Virus record (IMG/VR): IMGVR_UViG_3300002461_000395
Span: 1 to 46,934 of that record
Origin: a virus
DNA: 46,934 nt
Reading direction: 5' to 3' (one strand)
The notes beneath the pieces are model-generated. The model did not search any database and was not told the origin of the DNA. It was given only the letters and a program-made list of their open reading frames with translations. A program made the translations under genes and the position numbers. Positions 27,988 through 35,452 of this stretch are shown piece after piece. The first letter of the stretch is position 1; the number at the start of each line of letters is the position of its first letter.

Positions 27988-28266
27988 TCAGACCTCCCCC
28001 AGTGCGGACAGGTACAGGTCGAGGATCGCGTCCTCTTCCTGCCGCTTGGCCTTATCCTGGCGACGGATGCGGATCACCTTGCGCAGGATTTTCACGTCGT
28101 AGCCCTCGCCCTTGGCCTCGAGGAAGACCTCCTTCATGTCGGCCATGACGGCGGCCTTGTCCTCTTCGAGCCGCTCAATGCGTTCGATCACGGTGCGGAG
28201 CCGACCCTGCGCCGCGCTGGTCAGCACGTCGGGGTCGTTGGGCAGGTAGTGCGGATCGTCCGTCAT
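27988..28266 (-). CDS. gapR: GapR-like nucleoid-associated protein (DUF2312 / UPF0335)
   Basis: 92 aa. The segment AAQGRLRTVIERIERLEEDKAAVMADMKEVFLEAKGEGYDVKILRKVIRIRRQDKAKRQEEDAILDLYLSALGEV is near-collinear with Caulobacter GapR as I recall it. Confidence 0.9.
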   Translation of the reverse strand: MTDDPHYLPNDPDVLTSAAQGRLRTVIERIERLEEDKAAVMADMKEVFLEAKGEGYDVKILRKVIRIRRQDKAKRQEEDAILDLYLSALGEV

Positions 28267-29225
28267 GCCGCCCCCCGCTCGGCGATCATCGCGTCGAGGC
28301 CGGCGCGGAACTGCGGTATGAACGCAGCGTTGGCGGGGGCGACGAGGTCACGCAGGCTCGTGAGGCCCAGTCCGACCGCGATGGCGATCGTGTCGGCCGC
28401 CGTGATGACGCCCTGCGCCTGCGCCGCCGTGGCCACCTTCATCGCCTCGGCGAACTGGTCCGCACCGGAAGGCGTGGGCGCAGGTCCAGTGCTCGCCGCA
28501 GGTGCCGGGGCGGGGGGTGGCGCCGGGATGGCAGACGCAGCGGCGGACGGTGGCGGCGGGGGAGGGGCCGGCGGTGCGGCCGGGGGGAGCGGGGCGCCCG
28601 CCTCGGGCGGCGAGACCAGGCCGTCCGCCACGGCTTCGCGCAGGGTGCGTTTCGCGGGCGTCTCCGGTTCGGGGTACGTCTCGCGCAGCTCGGCCCGCAC
28701 CTTGTGCTCGACGAGCTGGTTGAGGCCACGGCGCTTCATCCAGACGCCATTGGCGCTGCGCTTGTGGTTGCTGCTGTGGATCCGCCCGTCCCACGGGAGG
28801 CCCTCGGCGTCGAGGTCCACGTCAGAAGGGGATGCATTGCTCGTCGCAGTCGAGCCGATGGGCATGATCGGGGACGGGGCGGCCTGCGTACCAGCCGGGG
28901 CCGATGCGGGCGCGGTGGCCGAGGCGACAGGTACGAAAGGGGCGGCACCGCCGAACGCCGCCTCCGGGGTGAGCGGCTCGTCGGGACGGGCTGCGGCCAC
29001 GTCGGCCTCGGCAGGCCAGCGACGCTCGTCGTGCGGCGCGGCTTCGGGGAGCGGGCAGCGCGTCGGGAAGGGCAGCAGCGGCTCGTCGGAGTGCGTCCCG
29101 GTGATATCCAAGGACCCCAAGGCCTCGGTCACCGCGTCGGGGTGCAGCGTCATCAGGAGCGCGGCGAGCGCCCCGGCTTCGAGGGGCCGCAAGTCTGCGG
29201 TGGTGATTTCAATCTTGATAGCCAT
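28263..29225 (-). CDS. Hypothetical Pro/Ala-rich protein with a conserved EGLPWDGRIHSS...W..RRG motif
   Basis: 320 aa. The central motif recurs in many phage early proteins, and it is flanked by low-complexity regions. Confidence 0.65.
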   Translation of the reverse strand: MAIKIEITTADLRPLEAGALAALLMTLHPDAVTEALGSLDITGTHSDEPLLPFPTRCPLPEAAPHDERRWPAEADVAAARPDEPLTPEAAFGGAAPFVPVASATAPASAPAGTQAAPSPIMPIGSTATSNASPSDVDLDAEGLPWDGRIHSSNHKRSANGVWMKRRGLNQLVEHKVRAELRETYPEPETPAKRTLREAVADGLVSPPEAGAPLPPAAPPAPPPPPPSAAASAIPAPPPAPAPAASTGPAPTPSGADQFAEAMKVATAAQAQGVITAADTIAIAVGLGLTSLRDLVAPANAAFIPQFRAGLDAMIAERGAA

Positions 29226-29229
29226 GCCC

Positions 29230-29415
29230 TCAGGCTCCTTTTTTCATACAGGTTTTCAGCGCGCCAAGGCGCTCAACAATCTCGTCGGCCGAATAATGCC
29301 CGGCTTGCACCATCGCCCACAGGAAATGCTCGGGCACACCCTCAAGGGCCGCTACGATCCGTTGCGCCTCGGGAAGACGGAAACGGGTCTGCGAGGCAAA
29401 CTTCTCGGGGGTCAC
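29230..29415 (-). CDS. Hypothetical small protein, first gene of the leftward operon
   Basis: 61 aa. The GTG start is preceded by AGGAGA 9 nt upstream. Confidence 0.5.
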   Translation of the reverse strand: MTPEKFASQTRFRLPEAQRIVAALEGVPEHFLWAMVQAGHYSADEIVERLGALKTCMKKGA

Positions 29416-29485
29416 TCGGTTAATCTCCTGCTTGACAATGCGTCCTCATACCATGCATGACCGGGCCGTCAAGGGAGAACGCAAC

Positions 29486-29725
29486 GTGCTGCACAAACTG
29501 ATCGAACGGGTCGCGGCCCTCAACCCCAACGCCGGCGAGATCGGTGACGGGATGCTGGCCACGCTGGTCGAGGAAGCGGTCATGGCGCAGGACGACCTCG
29601 CCGCCCTCACGGCCCTGCTGGACCGGGACCTGCGGTACGATGGCCCCGACGTGGTCATTCCGTGCACGGCCTCGGGCGACGCTATCGCCACGGTCGCGCG
29701 GGCTCGCCGGGCGCTCGGCCTGTGA
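29486..29725 (+). CDS. Hypothetical small protein, first gene of the rightward early operon
   Basis: The in-frame GTG at 29486 has AGGGAG 8 nt upstream. The ORF track extends to a TTG at 29432. Confidence 0.5.
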   Translation: MLHKLIERVAALNPNAGEIGDGMLATLVEEAVMAQDDLAALTALLDRDLRYDGPDVVIPCTASGDAIATVARARRALGL

Positions 29726-31464
29726 TCCTTCGGCCCTATCAGCAGCAACTTGACTACGACGTGGACCAGGCGTGGCAGCACGGCGCGCGCAACGTGCTCA
29801 TGCGCCTGCCGACCGGCGGCGGCAAGACGGTGCTGCTGGCCACCATGGTGCGCCGCCATCAGGGCGCGTCGTGTGTCATCGCGCACCGCGACAACCTGCT
29901 GCTGCAACTCTCGCTCGCACTGGCCGCCGCGGGCATCCGGCACAACATCATCGCCTCGGCCGTGACGCGGCGGCAGATCATCGCCGCGCATATCCTCAAG
30001 ACCGGCCAGACGTGGTTCGACCCGGGCGCGCGGTGCGCCGTCGCGTCGGTCCGCACGCTCAACTCCGTGAAGGGCCTCGACCACTGGTTCGCGCAGGTCA
30101 CGCTCTGGGTCGTGGACGAAGGGCACCACCTCGTCGTGGACAACGAGTGGCACACCGCCATCTCCAAATTCACGCATCCCGCCTGCCGCGGCCTGCTGCC
30201 GACGGCGACGCCAGCTCGGGCGGACGGCCAGGGCCTCGGGCGCCACGCCGACGGCGTCGCGGATATTATGGTCGAGGGCCCGTCGGAGCGGTGGTTGATC
30301 GACGAGGGGTATCTGACCGACTACCGCATCGTCATGGCCGAAAGCCACCTCACGCGCCTGCTGGAAGCCGAGAAGGTCGGCAAGTCCGGCGACTACTCCC
30401 CGGCGACGCTCAAGCGCACTGCCCACGAGGCGGGCGACAGGTTCATCGGCGACGTGGTCGAGACCTATCTCAAATGGGCGGCCGGCAAGCTGTGGATCAC
30501 GTTCTGCCCGGACGTTGACACCGCGGTGGTCACGGCGACGCGGTACAACGAGGCGGGCGTGCGGGCCGAGGTACTGACGGGGGACACCGAGTACGGCTAT
30601 CGCTTCAACATCCTGCAACGGTTCGAGCGGCGCGAGATCCTGCAACTCGTCGTCGTGGACATTGTGTCGGAAGGCTTCGACCTCCCCGCCATCGAGGGCG
30701 CATCGTCGGCGCGCAAAACGGAAAGCCTGCCGCTATTCCGCCAGCAGTTCGGCCGCACGCTCCGTCCGCTCTGGGCTCCGGGGTTCGACCTCGACACGCG
30801 TCGGGGCCGACTGGACGCCATCGCCGCGAGCTGCAAGCCCCGGGCCATCTGGATCGACCACGTCAACAACGTCGGCAACCCCGCGATCGGCCTGCCCGAC
30901 CGGCCTATGATCTGGACGCTGGACCGCCGAGGGTCACGCAAGGGCGGCGGGGGCGACGGCATCCCGCTCCGGGCGTGCATCGGCCGCCCGCCCGAGGCCC
31001 CCGGCTGTATGCAGCCCTATGAACGGTTCCGCATCCTGTGCCCGTACTGCGGCACGCCGGCCCCGCCGCCCGCGTCGCGCTCGTCGCCCGAGGCCGTGCA
31101 GGGCGACCTCGTCGAGTTGGACGCCGAGACGCTTGCCAGGTTGCGCGGCGCGGTCGAGGCGCGCGACGTGCCGCTCGAGGAGTACCGGGTCCACGCCCTG
31201 CAGACGCAGCCCGCCGTTGCCGTCATGGCCAACGTGAAGCGCCACGCCGCCGCGCAGGACGCACAGGCCGCGCTCCGGGCCGCCATGACGGCGTGGTGCG
31301 GCGCCCGCATCGCCGAGGGCCTGCGCGACCGCGAGGTGCACCGGCTATGGTGGGAAACTTTCGGGGTTGACGTTCTTACCGCAAGAGCCCTAGGTCGTCA
31401 GGAAGCAGACAGCCTGACCGAGAAGGTACGTGACGCCCAAAACGACAAAAATATACGGGCTTAG
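29722..31464 (+). CDS. SF2 DEAD/DEAH-box DNA helicase
   Basis: GTG at 29722 (GTGA overlap). It has Walker A (LPTGGGKT), motif II (VVDEGHH) and a C-terminal Zn ribbon (CPYCG). The last ~28 aa are lower in GC. Confidence 0.85.
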   Translation: MILRPYQQQLDYDVDQAWQHGARNVLMRLPTGGGKTVLLATMVRRHQGASCVIAHRDNLLLQLSLALAAAGIRHNIIASAVTRRQIIAAHILKTGQTWFDPGARCAVASVRTLNSVKGLDHWFAQVTLWVVDEGHHLVVDNEWHTAISKFTHPACRGLLPTATPARADGQGLGRHADGVADIMVEGPSERWLIDEGYLTDYRIVMAESHLTRLLEAEKVGKSGDYSPATLKRTAHEAGDRFIGDVVETYLKWAAGKLWITFCPDVDTAVVTATRYNEAGVRAEVLTGDTEYGYRFNILQRFERREILQLVVVDIVSEGFDLPAIEGASSARKTESLPLFRQQFGRTLRPLWAPGFDLDTRRGRLDAIAASCKPRAIWIDHVNNVGNPAIGLPDRPMIWTLDRRGSRKGGGGDGIPLRACIGRPPEAPGCMQPYERFRILCPYCGTPAPPPASRSSPEAVQGDLVELDAETLARLRGAVEARDVPLEEYRVHALQTQPAVAVMANVKRHAAAQDAQAALRAAMTAWCGARIAEGLRDREVHRLWWETFGVDVLTARALGRQEADSLTEKVRDAQNDKNIRA

Positions 31465-32134
31465 ACGTCCCGGAGAGGACGTTCGCTACGTGGGGAAAAC
31501 TCTAAACTTGATAGGCGACCGCTTGCGAAGTCACCGTAACAGCAAGCAATCTTCGCTCCCGGTGCACCGGTGGTTGAGAAAACACGGAGACGTTGAGGTT
31601 GTTTTGCTAGAAGAGGTCGCTTCCGGTGGAGATTGGAGCGCCCGTGAACGGTATTGGATCCAGGAGTGCGTTAAATCTGGTTGCTGCCTGAACATCGCCA
31701 AAGGCGGGGAAGGCGCGCACTTCGTCACTCGGACGCCAGAACACCTCGCAAAAATCGCAAAGGCGCTAGAGAAATACAAAACGGGGTGGGACGCACCGTG
31801 TCAGACGTGCGGGAGAACAGTAAGAGTAACGCCCAAAAACGGTAAAAAATACTGCTCTTTAAAATGCCACGGGGTTGCTTCTCGCGGGGTTTCCAAACCT
31901 CAAAATAGGACGCCCGAACAGCAAAAACGGGCGATAAACGCCGCCGCTGCGGCTCGGCGAGCCCGAACGCACTGTATTAAGGGCCACGAGCTTTCGGGAG
32001 CCAACCTCCGAATAAACCGTGCCGGAAGTCGTGTTTGCAAAACGTGTCAGCGGGAACATGTCCGCCGTGCCCGGGCGCTCGGGCGCGCCGAGGCCGAGAC
32101 CTTGACGGCGCGCTTGACCGGCTCGTCACAGTGA
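31430..32134 (+). CDS. GIY-YIG homing endonuclease
   Basis: It carries KIYGLRRPGEDVRYVGKT...RLRSH...ERYWI and a Zn ribbon (CQTCG...KKYCSLKC). GC is low. The GTG start overlaps the helicase 3' end. Confidence 0.75.
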   Translation: MTPKTTKIYGLRRPGEDVRYVGKTLNLIGDRLRSHRNSKQSSLPVHRWLRKHGDVEVVLLEEVASGGDWSARERYWIQECVKSGCCLNIAKGGEGAHFVTRTPEHLAKIAKALEKYKTGWDAPCQTCGRTVRVTPKNGKKYCSLKCHGVASRGVSKPQNRTPEQQKRAINAAAAARRARTHCIKGHELSGANLRINRAGSRVCKTCQREHVRRARALGRAEAETLTARLTGSSQ

Positions 32135-32159
32135 GGCATGAGGGGGTATGACGAACGCC

Positions 32160-32714
32160 TCACGAAAGACCCAGATCAATAGGTGCGTACCGCATTCGGT
32201 CGAGCAGGCGGTGGCACGTGGGGCACAGCACCCAAACCTTTTCCGGCCATCGACAGTTTTCGACGCTGCGCCGCGCACCGAACCGTGCGTGCTCCGGACG
32301 GTGCGCGATCTCCACGACGCGCGCCTCTCCGCAAGACTGACACGCGCGCGGCGCATCGGGGTTATTGCGGTAAAATCTGACGTTCTGGCTGTCCGGCAGC
32401 GCCTTTTCGCGAGAGCGCGCACGGTTCGCCGCTTCCGCCAGAGGGCGACGCGCGTGGTGTTCACGAACGGATTTATTGTTCTGCAGTCGCTGACAGGCCG
32501 GCGAGCACAGCCACTTGTTTCTCTGGTGCGGCCCGATAGGGAACTGTGCGCCGCAATACCGACAGTCGTGATGGGTTACGGGGGTCGGGGAGGCGTGCTC
32601 TTTGAACCAACGCGCTTTGCACCGCGTCGAGCAGTACTTGCGGGCCAGGTGCGATCCGACCATTTCGGCGCCGCAAACGACGCAAGGGTGTTGAGTGCTC
32701 ATGCGTCGAGACAT
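32160..32714 (-). CDS. HNH homing endonuclease with N-terminal Zn ribbons
   Basis: It carries CVVCG...RKYCSTRC, CRYCG...CSPAC and the C-terminal CQSCG...EIAH...LCPTCHRLLD. GC is low, and it is oriented opposite to the surrounding operon. Confidence 0.8.
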   Translation of the reverse strand: MSRRMSTQHPCVVCGAEMVGSHLARKYCSTRCKARWFKEHASPTPVTHHDCRYCGAQFPIGPHQRNKWLCSPACQRLQNNKSVREHHARRPLAEAANRARSREKALPDSQNVRFYRNNPDAPRACQSCGEARVVEIAHRPEHARFGARRSVENCRWPEKVWVLCPTCHRLLDRMRYAPIDLGLS

Positions 32715-32740
32715 ACCACTTTTTGCGCGAGATTTACACG

Positions 32741-34495
32741 GTGAAAAAGTGGGCCTACTATAACGAAATTGATCCTTTTGCGGCGGATTGGCTGCGCGAA
32801 CTCATTAAGGCGGGCCAGATCGCGCCGGGGATAGTAGATGACCGAAGCATCGAAGATGTGCACCCCGACGATGTGCGGGATTTCGTCCAGGTGCATTTGT
32901 TTGGGGGGATCGGCGTCTGGTCCCACGCCCTGCGACGTGCTGGGTGGTCTGACGATCGCCCAGTTTGGACAGCATCTTGCCCCTGCCAACCTTTCAGCGC
33001 GGCAGGCAAAGGCGCTGGGTTTGACGACGAGCGGCATCTCTGGCCGGCCCTCTTCCACCTCATCACGCAGTGCCGCCCTGACACAGTCTTTGGCGAACAG
33101 GTTGCAAGCAAGGACGGCCTCGGTTGGTTCGACCTTGTACACGCTGACCTGGAAGGCGCGGGCTACGCCGTCGGGGCGGTCGATACCTGCGCTGCGGGCT
33201 TCGGCGCGCCGCATATCCGACAGCGGCTCTACTGGACAGCCTTGGCCGACACCGACGACGCGCGACTGGAAGGACGGCTCGCGCAACGACAACGTGCCGG
33301 AGAACGCCCTGTTGGGTCGGGCGGTGTGGCAGGCGGGCTGGCCGACGCCGACAGCCATGGAGCCGGGGACGGACCCAGACAAGGTGTGGGCGCGCAAGCA
33401 GCGGCTGACCGAGGCGACGGGGGTGTACCGGGGGAACGACTGTGGCCTTGGGAGCAAGGTGCACTACGCGGGCTGGCCGAGCCCCACGACCCCCTCGGGC
33501 GGCCAGACCTTTCCGGACGGGACGACCACGACGGGTCAGACGCCGGACGGGCGCAAGGTGCAGGTCACGCTGGGTCTGGTAGCGGACGCGGCGGGCTGGC
33601 CGACGCCGCAGGCGCACGACACCTCGGGCCGATCGGAAACGCAGAAGGAACTGCACGGGACGAAGCACGGCTGCGCCTGTCTGGTGCTGGACGCGAAGCA
33701 GGCGGGCTGGCCGACCACCCGAGCGGCGGACGGCGAGAAGAACGTGCGGACCTGCGACGGGGCGATGCGGGAGATCGAGCGCAAGGGCTCGCCGCAGGAC
33801 TTGGCGCAGGCGGCTGCGATCACCGGCCCGGCCCGACTAACGGTCTCTGGCGAGATGCTGATTGGATCCACTGCCGGGATGGAAAGTGGCGGCCAGTTAG
33901 CGCCAGCCCACAGCCGGTGGCTTATGGGGCTACCGAGAGCTTGGGACGTGTGTGCGATGCGCGTGCAGAAGCCGTCGAGGAAGAAATAAATGCCGTCCTC
34001 GAAATACCCGGAAACGGAACGGCCCTGCGAGACCTGTGGGACCACCTTGCTTCGCAGACGGCATCCGAAGGATGGACGCTTGGAAGGGTTCCGGGACTTT
34101 GCGAGGCGCCGTTTTTGCTCGCTTTCCTGCGCCAACTCGCGGAGCAAAGGCGGGGTGTCTCGGAACGCCTATCTCTACCACGCGCGGAAACACCTCAAGA
34201 CGGCCTGCGAAGCGTGCGGACAGACGACGGAATTGCATGCGCACCACGTCAACGAGGACTGGACGGACAATCGCAAGGCCAACATTCAGACGCTGTGCGT
34301 CTTCTGTCATCAGTTCTGGCACGGGCTGCACAGGAGGCTTGGGCTCTCGACCACAAAACCTATGCCGAAACTTACTTCCCGCTTGCAAGCGGCGCGGTCA
34401 ACAGGGTCGGACGACTGCGCGGCTACGGTAACGCCATCGTCGCGCCGCAAGCCCAAGCCTTCATTGAAGCGGTGATGCACCATGACCAGAATTGA
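32741..34495 (+). CDS. DNA cytosine-5 methyltransferase, single open frame but apparently composite / recoded (see findings)
   Basis: In this frame I see [13 protein letters not shown], motif I (LFGGIGVW), motif IV ([12 protein letters not shown]), FGEQV and [11 protein letters not shown] at 32741..33241, and motif X ([21 protein letters not shown]) at 34412..34474. The centre is Arg/Gly-rich with poor GC3. The start may be GTG 32741 or TTG 32723. Confidence 0.7.
   Translation: MKKWAYYNEIDPFAADWLRELIKAGQIAPGIVDDRSIEDVHPDDVRDFVQVHLFGGIGVWSHALRRAGWSDDRPVWTASCPCQPFSAAGKGAGFDDERHLWPALFHLITQCRPDTVFGEQVASKDGLGWFDLVHADLEGAGYAVGAVDTCAAGFGAPHIRQRLYWTALADTDDARLEGRLAQRQRAGERPVGSGGVAGGLADADSHGAGDGPRQGVGAQAAADRGDGGVPGERLWPWEQGALRGLAEPHDPLGRPDLSGRDDHDGSDAGRAQGAGHAGSGSGRGGLADAAGARHLGPIGNAEGTARDEARLRLSGAGREAGGLADHPSGGRREERADLRRGDAGDRAQGLAAGLGAGGCDHRPGPTNGLWRDADWIHCRDGKWRPVSASPQPVAYGATESLGRVCDARAEAVEEEINAVLEIPGNGTALRDLWDHLASQTASEGWTLGRVPGLCEAPFLLAFLRQLAEQRRGVSERLSLPRAETPQDGLRSVRTDDGIACAPRQRGLDGQSQGQHSDAVRLLSSVLARAAQEAWALDHKTYAETYFPLASGAVNRVGRLRGYGNAIVAPQAQAFIEAVMHHDQN
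33243..33989 (+). CDS. Methyltransferase target-recognition segment in the +1 frame (WPTP repeats plus a motif IX-like segment)
   Basis: The frame of ORF 32838..33989 carries [58 protein letters not shown] and [20 protein letters not shown]. Third-position G+C is about 90% by hand count over 33243..33840, and much lower in the long-ORF frame. Confidence 0.6.
   Translation, partial: WPTPTTRDWKDGSRNDNVPENALLGRAVWQAGWPTPTAMEPGTDPDKVWARKQRLTEATGVYRGNDCGLGSKVHYAGWPSPTTPSGGQTFPDGTTTTGQTPDGRKVQVTLGLVADAAGWPTPQAHDTSGRSETQKELHGTKHGCACLVLDAKQAGWPTTRAADGEKNVRTCDGAMREIERKGSPQDLAQAAAITGPARLTVSGEMLIGSTAGMESGGQLAPAHSRWLMGLPRAWDVCAMRVQKPSRKK
33990..34475 (+). CDS. HNH endonuclease nested inside the C5-methyltransferase gene
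   Basis: The ATG immediately follows the TAA at 33987. It has a Zn ribbon (CETCG...RRFCSLSC) and the HNH motif [41 protein letters not shown] is lower than the flanks. The 3' tail reads into methyltransferase sequence. Confidence 0.8.
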   Translation: MPSSKYPETERPCETCGTTLLRRRHPKDGRLEGFRDFARRRFCSLSCANSRSKGGVSRNAYLYHARKHLKTACEACGQTTELHAHHVNEDWTDNRKANIQTLCVFCHQFWHGLHRRLGLSTTKPMPKLTSRLQAARSTGSDDCAATVTPSSRRKPKPSLKR

Positions 34496-34745
34496 CACCG
34501 TGACCCTCACCAACGACGGACTGCTCAAGGCGTTCGACTTCGCCCGCCGCGCGCAGGACCGCGCCGACGAGGCGTTCCTCGCCAGGTTCCCGCCGGGCGC
34601 GACGATCTCGTGGGACCGCAAGGGCGCCCAGTTCGGCCAGGTCATCAGGCACGGCGTCACGGGCCGCATCTATGTGCGCAACATTGAGACCGAGGCGGAA
34701 TACTGGGTCACGGTGGGCGACGTGCTGCGGGCGATGCGCCAATGA
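34482..34745 (+). CDS. Hypothetical protein
   Basis: 87 aa. The ATG overlaps the methyltransferase 3' end. Confidence 0.55.
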   Translation: MTRIDTVTLTNDGLLKAFDFARRAQDRADEAFLARFPPGATISWDRKGAQFGQVIRHGVTGRIYVRNIETEAEYWVTVGDVLRAMRQ

Positions 34746-35122
34746 CCGCCGCCAGCGAGGCCCGTGTGCAGTCCGAGGTCCGTCTCGAGGCGGCGCGCTA
34801 CGGCATCCACCTGTGGAGAAATAATGTCGGAGTGCTGCGCGACGCGAACGGCCGGCCGGTCCGCTACGGCCTGGCCAACGACAGCGCGCAGATCAACGCC
34901 GTGCTCAAGTCGTCCGATCTGGTCGGCTGGCGGCCGGTGGTGGTCACGGCGGACATGGTCGGTCAGACCCTCGCCGTGTTCGTCGCGAGAGAGTGCAAGG
35001 CCGAGGGCTGGACGTTCCGGGGGACGGAGCGCGAGATCGCGCAACAGCGTTGGATCGACATGGTCAACCACAACGGCGGAGACGCGGCGTTCGTCTCGGG
35101 CCTCGGGAGTTTCTCCAAATGA
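34742..35122 (+). CDS. VRR-NUC domain nuclease
   Basis: 126 aa. The pattern SDLVGW...VFVARECKAEG...QQRWIDMVNHNGGDAAFV fits the VRR-NUC PD-(D/E)XK fold. Confidence 0.75.
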   Translation: MTAASEARVQSEVRLEAARYGIHLWRNNVGVLRDANGRPVRYGLANDSAQINAVLKSSDLVGWRPVVVTADMVGQTLAVFVARECKAEGWTFRGTEREIAQQRWIDMVNHNGGDAAFVSGLGSFSK

Positions 35123-35451
35123 CTAAACGACCCATTCAAGAGTTCCGCGCCGAGGAGGCCGCCGCCAAGGCCGCCAGGATCGCCGCCGTGCTCGAAGCGG
35201 CCATAGCCGAGGCGCAGGCCGACGGCTACCAGTGGATCAGCCGCGACGCCGTGGCGGCCCGCGCCGGCCTCTCGGCGGGCAGCGTCTCCAACGCTTTCGG
35301 GGGCATGCGCGCCCTCAAACGCCGCGTCATGGTCGAGGCGTGCGCCCGACCTATCCCCAGCATTGTCGCGCAAGGGCTTGCAGACGGGTCGGATATCGCC
35401 CGAAATGCCGCCCCGTCCGTCAAGGAAGCCGCTCTGGCCACGATCCGGTAG
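35119..35451 (+). CDS. Small putative HTH DNA-binding protein (TetR-N-like)
   Basis: ATG at 35119 (ATGA overlap) gives 110 aa. The segment ISRDAVAARAGLSAGSVSNAFGGMRALKRRV looks like a TetR-type HTH. Confidence 0.45.
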   Translation: MTKRPIQEFRAEEAAAKAARIAAVLEAAIAEAQADGYQWISRDAVAARAGLSAGSVSNAFGGMRALKRRVMVEACARPIPSIVAQGLADGSDIARNAAPSVKEAALATIR

Positions 35452-35452
35452 C

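Noticed and set aside
22795-29460. Plus-strand ORFs across the leftward replication block (22795..23847, 23852..24691, 25603..26301, 26532..27647, 28249..29460).
   Set aside because: They are antisense to PolA, the SSB-like gene, the DUF2800-like nuclease and the Pro-rich protein. Their composition is junk-like and no motifs were seen.
29432-29460. A sigma70-type promoter using the perfect TTGACA at 29432..29437 in the divergent early region.
   Set aside because: There is no acceptable -10 hexamer at 16-18 bp spacing; the candidates are GCATGA and CATGAC. It may still be a promoter for a host with a different -10 preference, but the sequence alone does not support it.
32838-33242. Treating ORF 32838..33989 as an independent 383-aa gene starting at 32838.
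   Set aside because: Its first ~135 codons overlap the methyltransferase catalytic motifs in another frame and translate to low-complexity Ser/Arg/Ala sequence. Convincing coding signal in this frame begins only at about 33243.
33953-34378. An intein explanation for the in-frame insertions in the two methyltransferases (also 39560..40000).
   Set aside because: The HNH domains are encoded in a different frame from the host proteins. The host-frame inserts lack the intein blocks: there is no C-terminal His-Asn followed by Cys/Ser/Thr and no TxxH block B. Only the N-terminal Cys is present.
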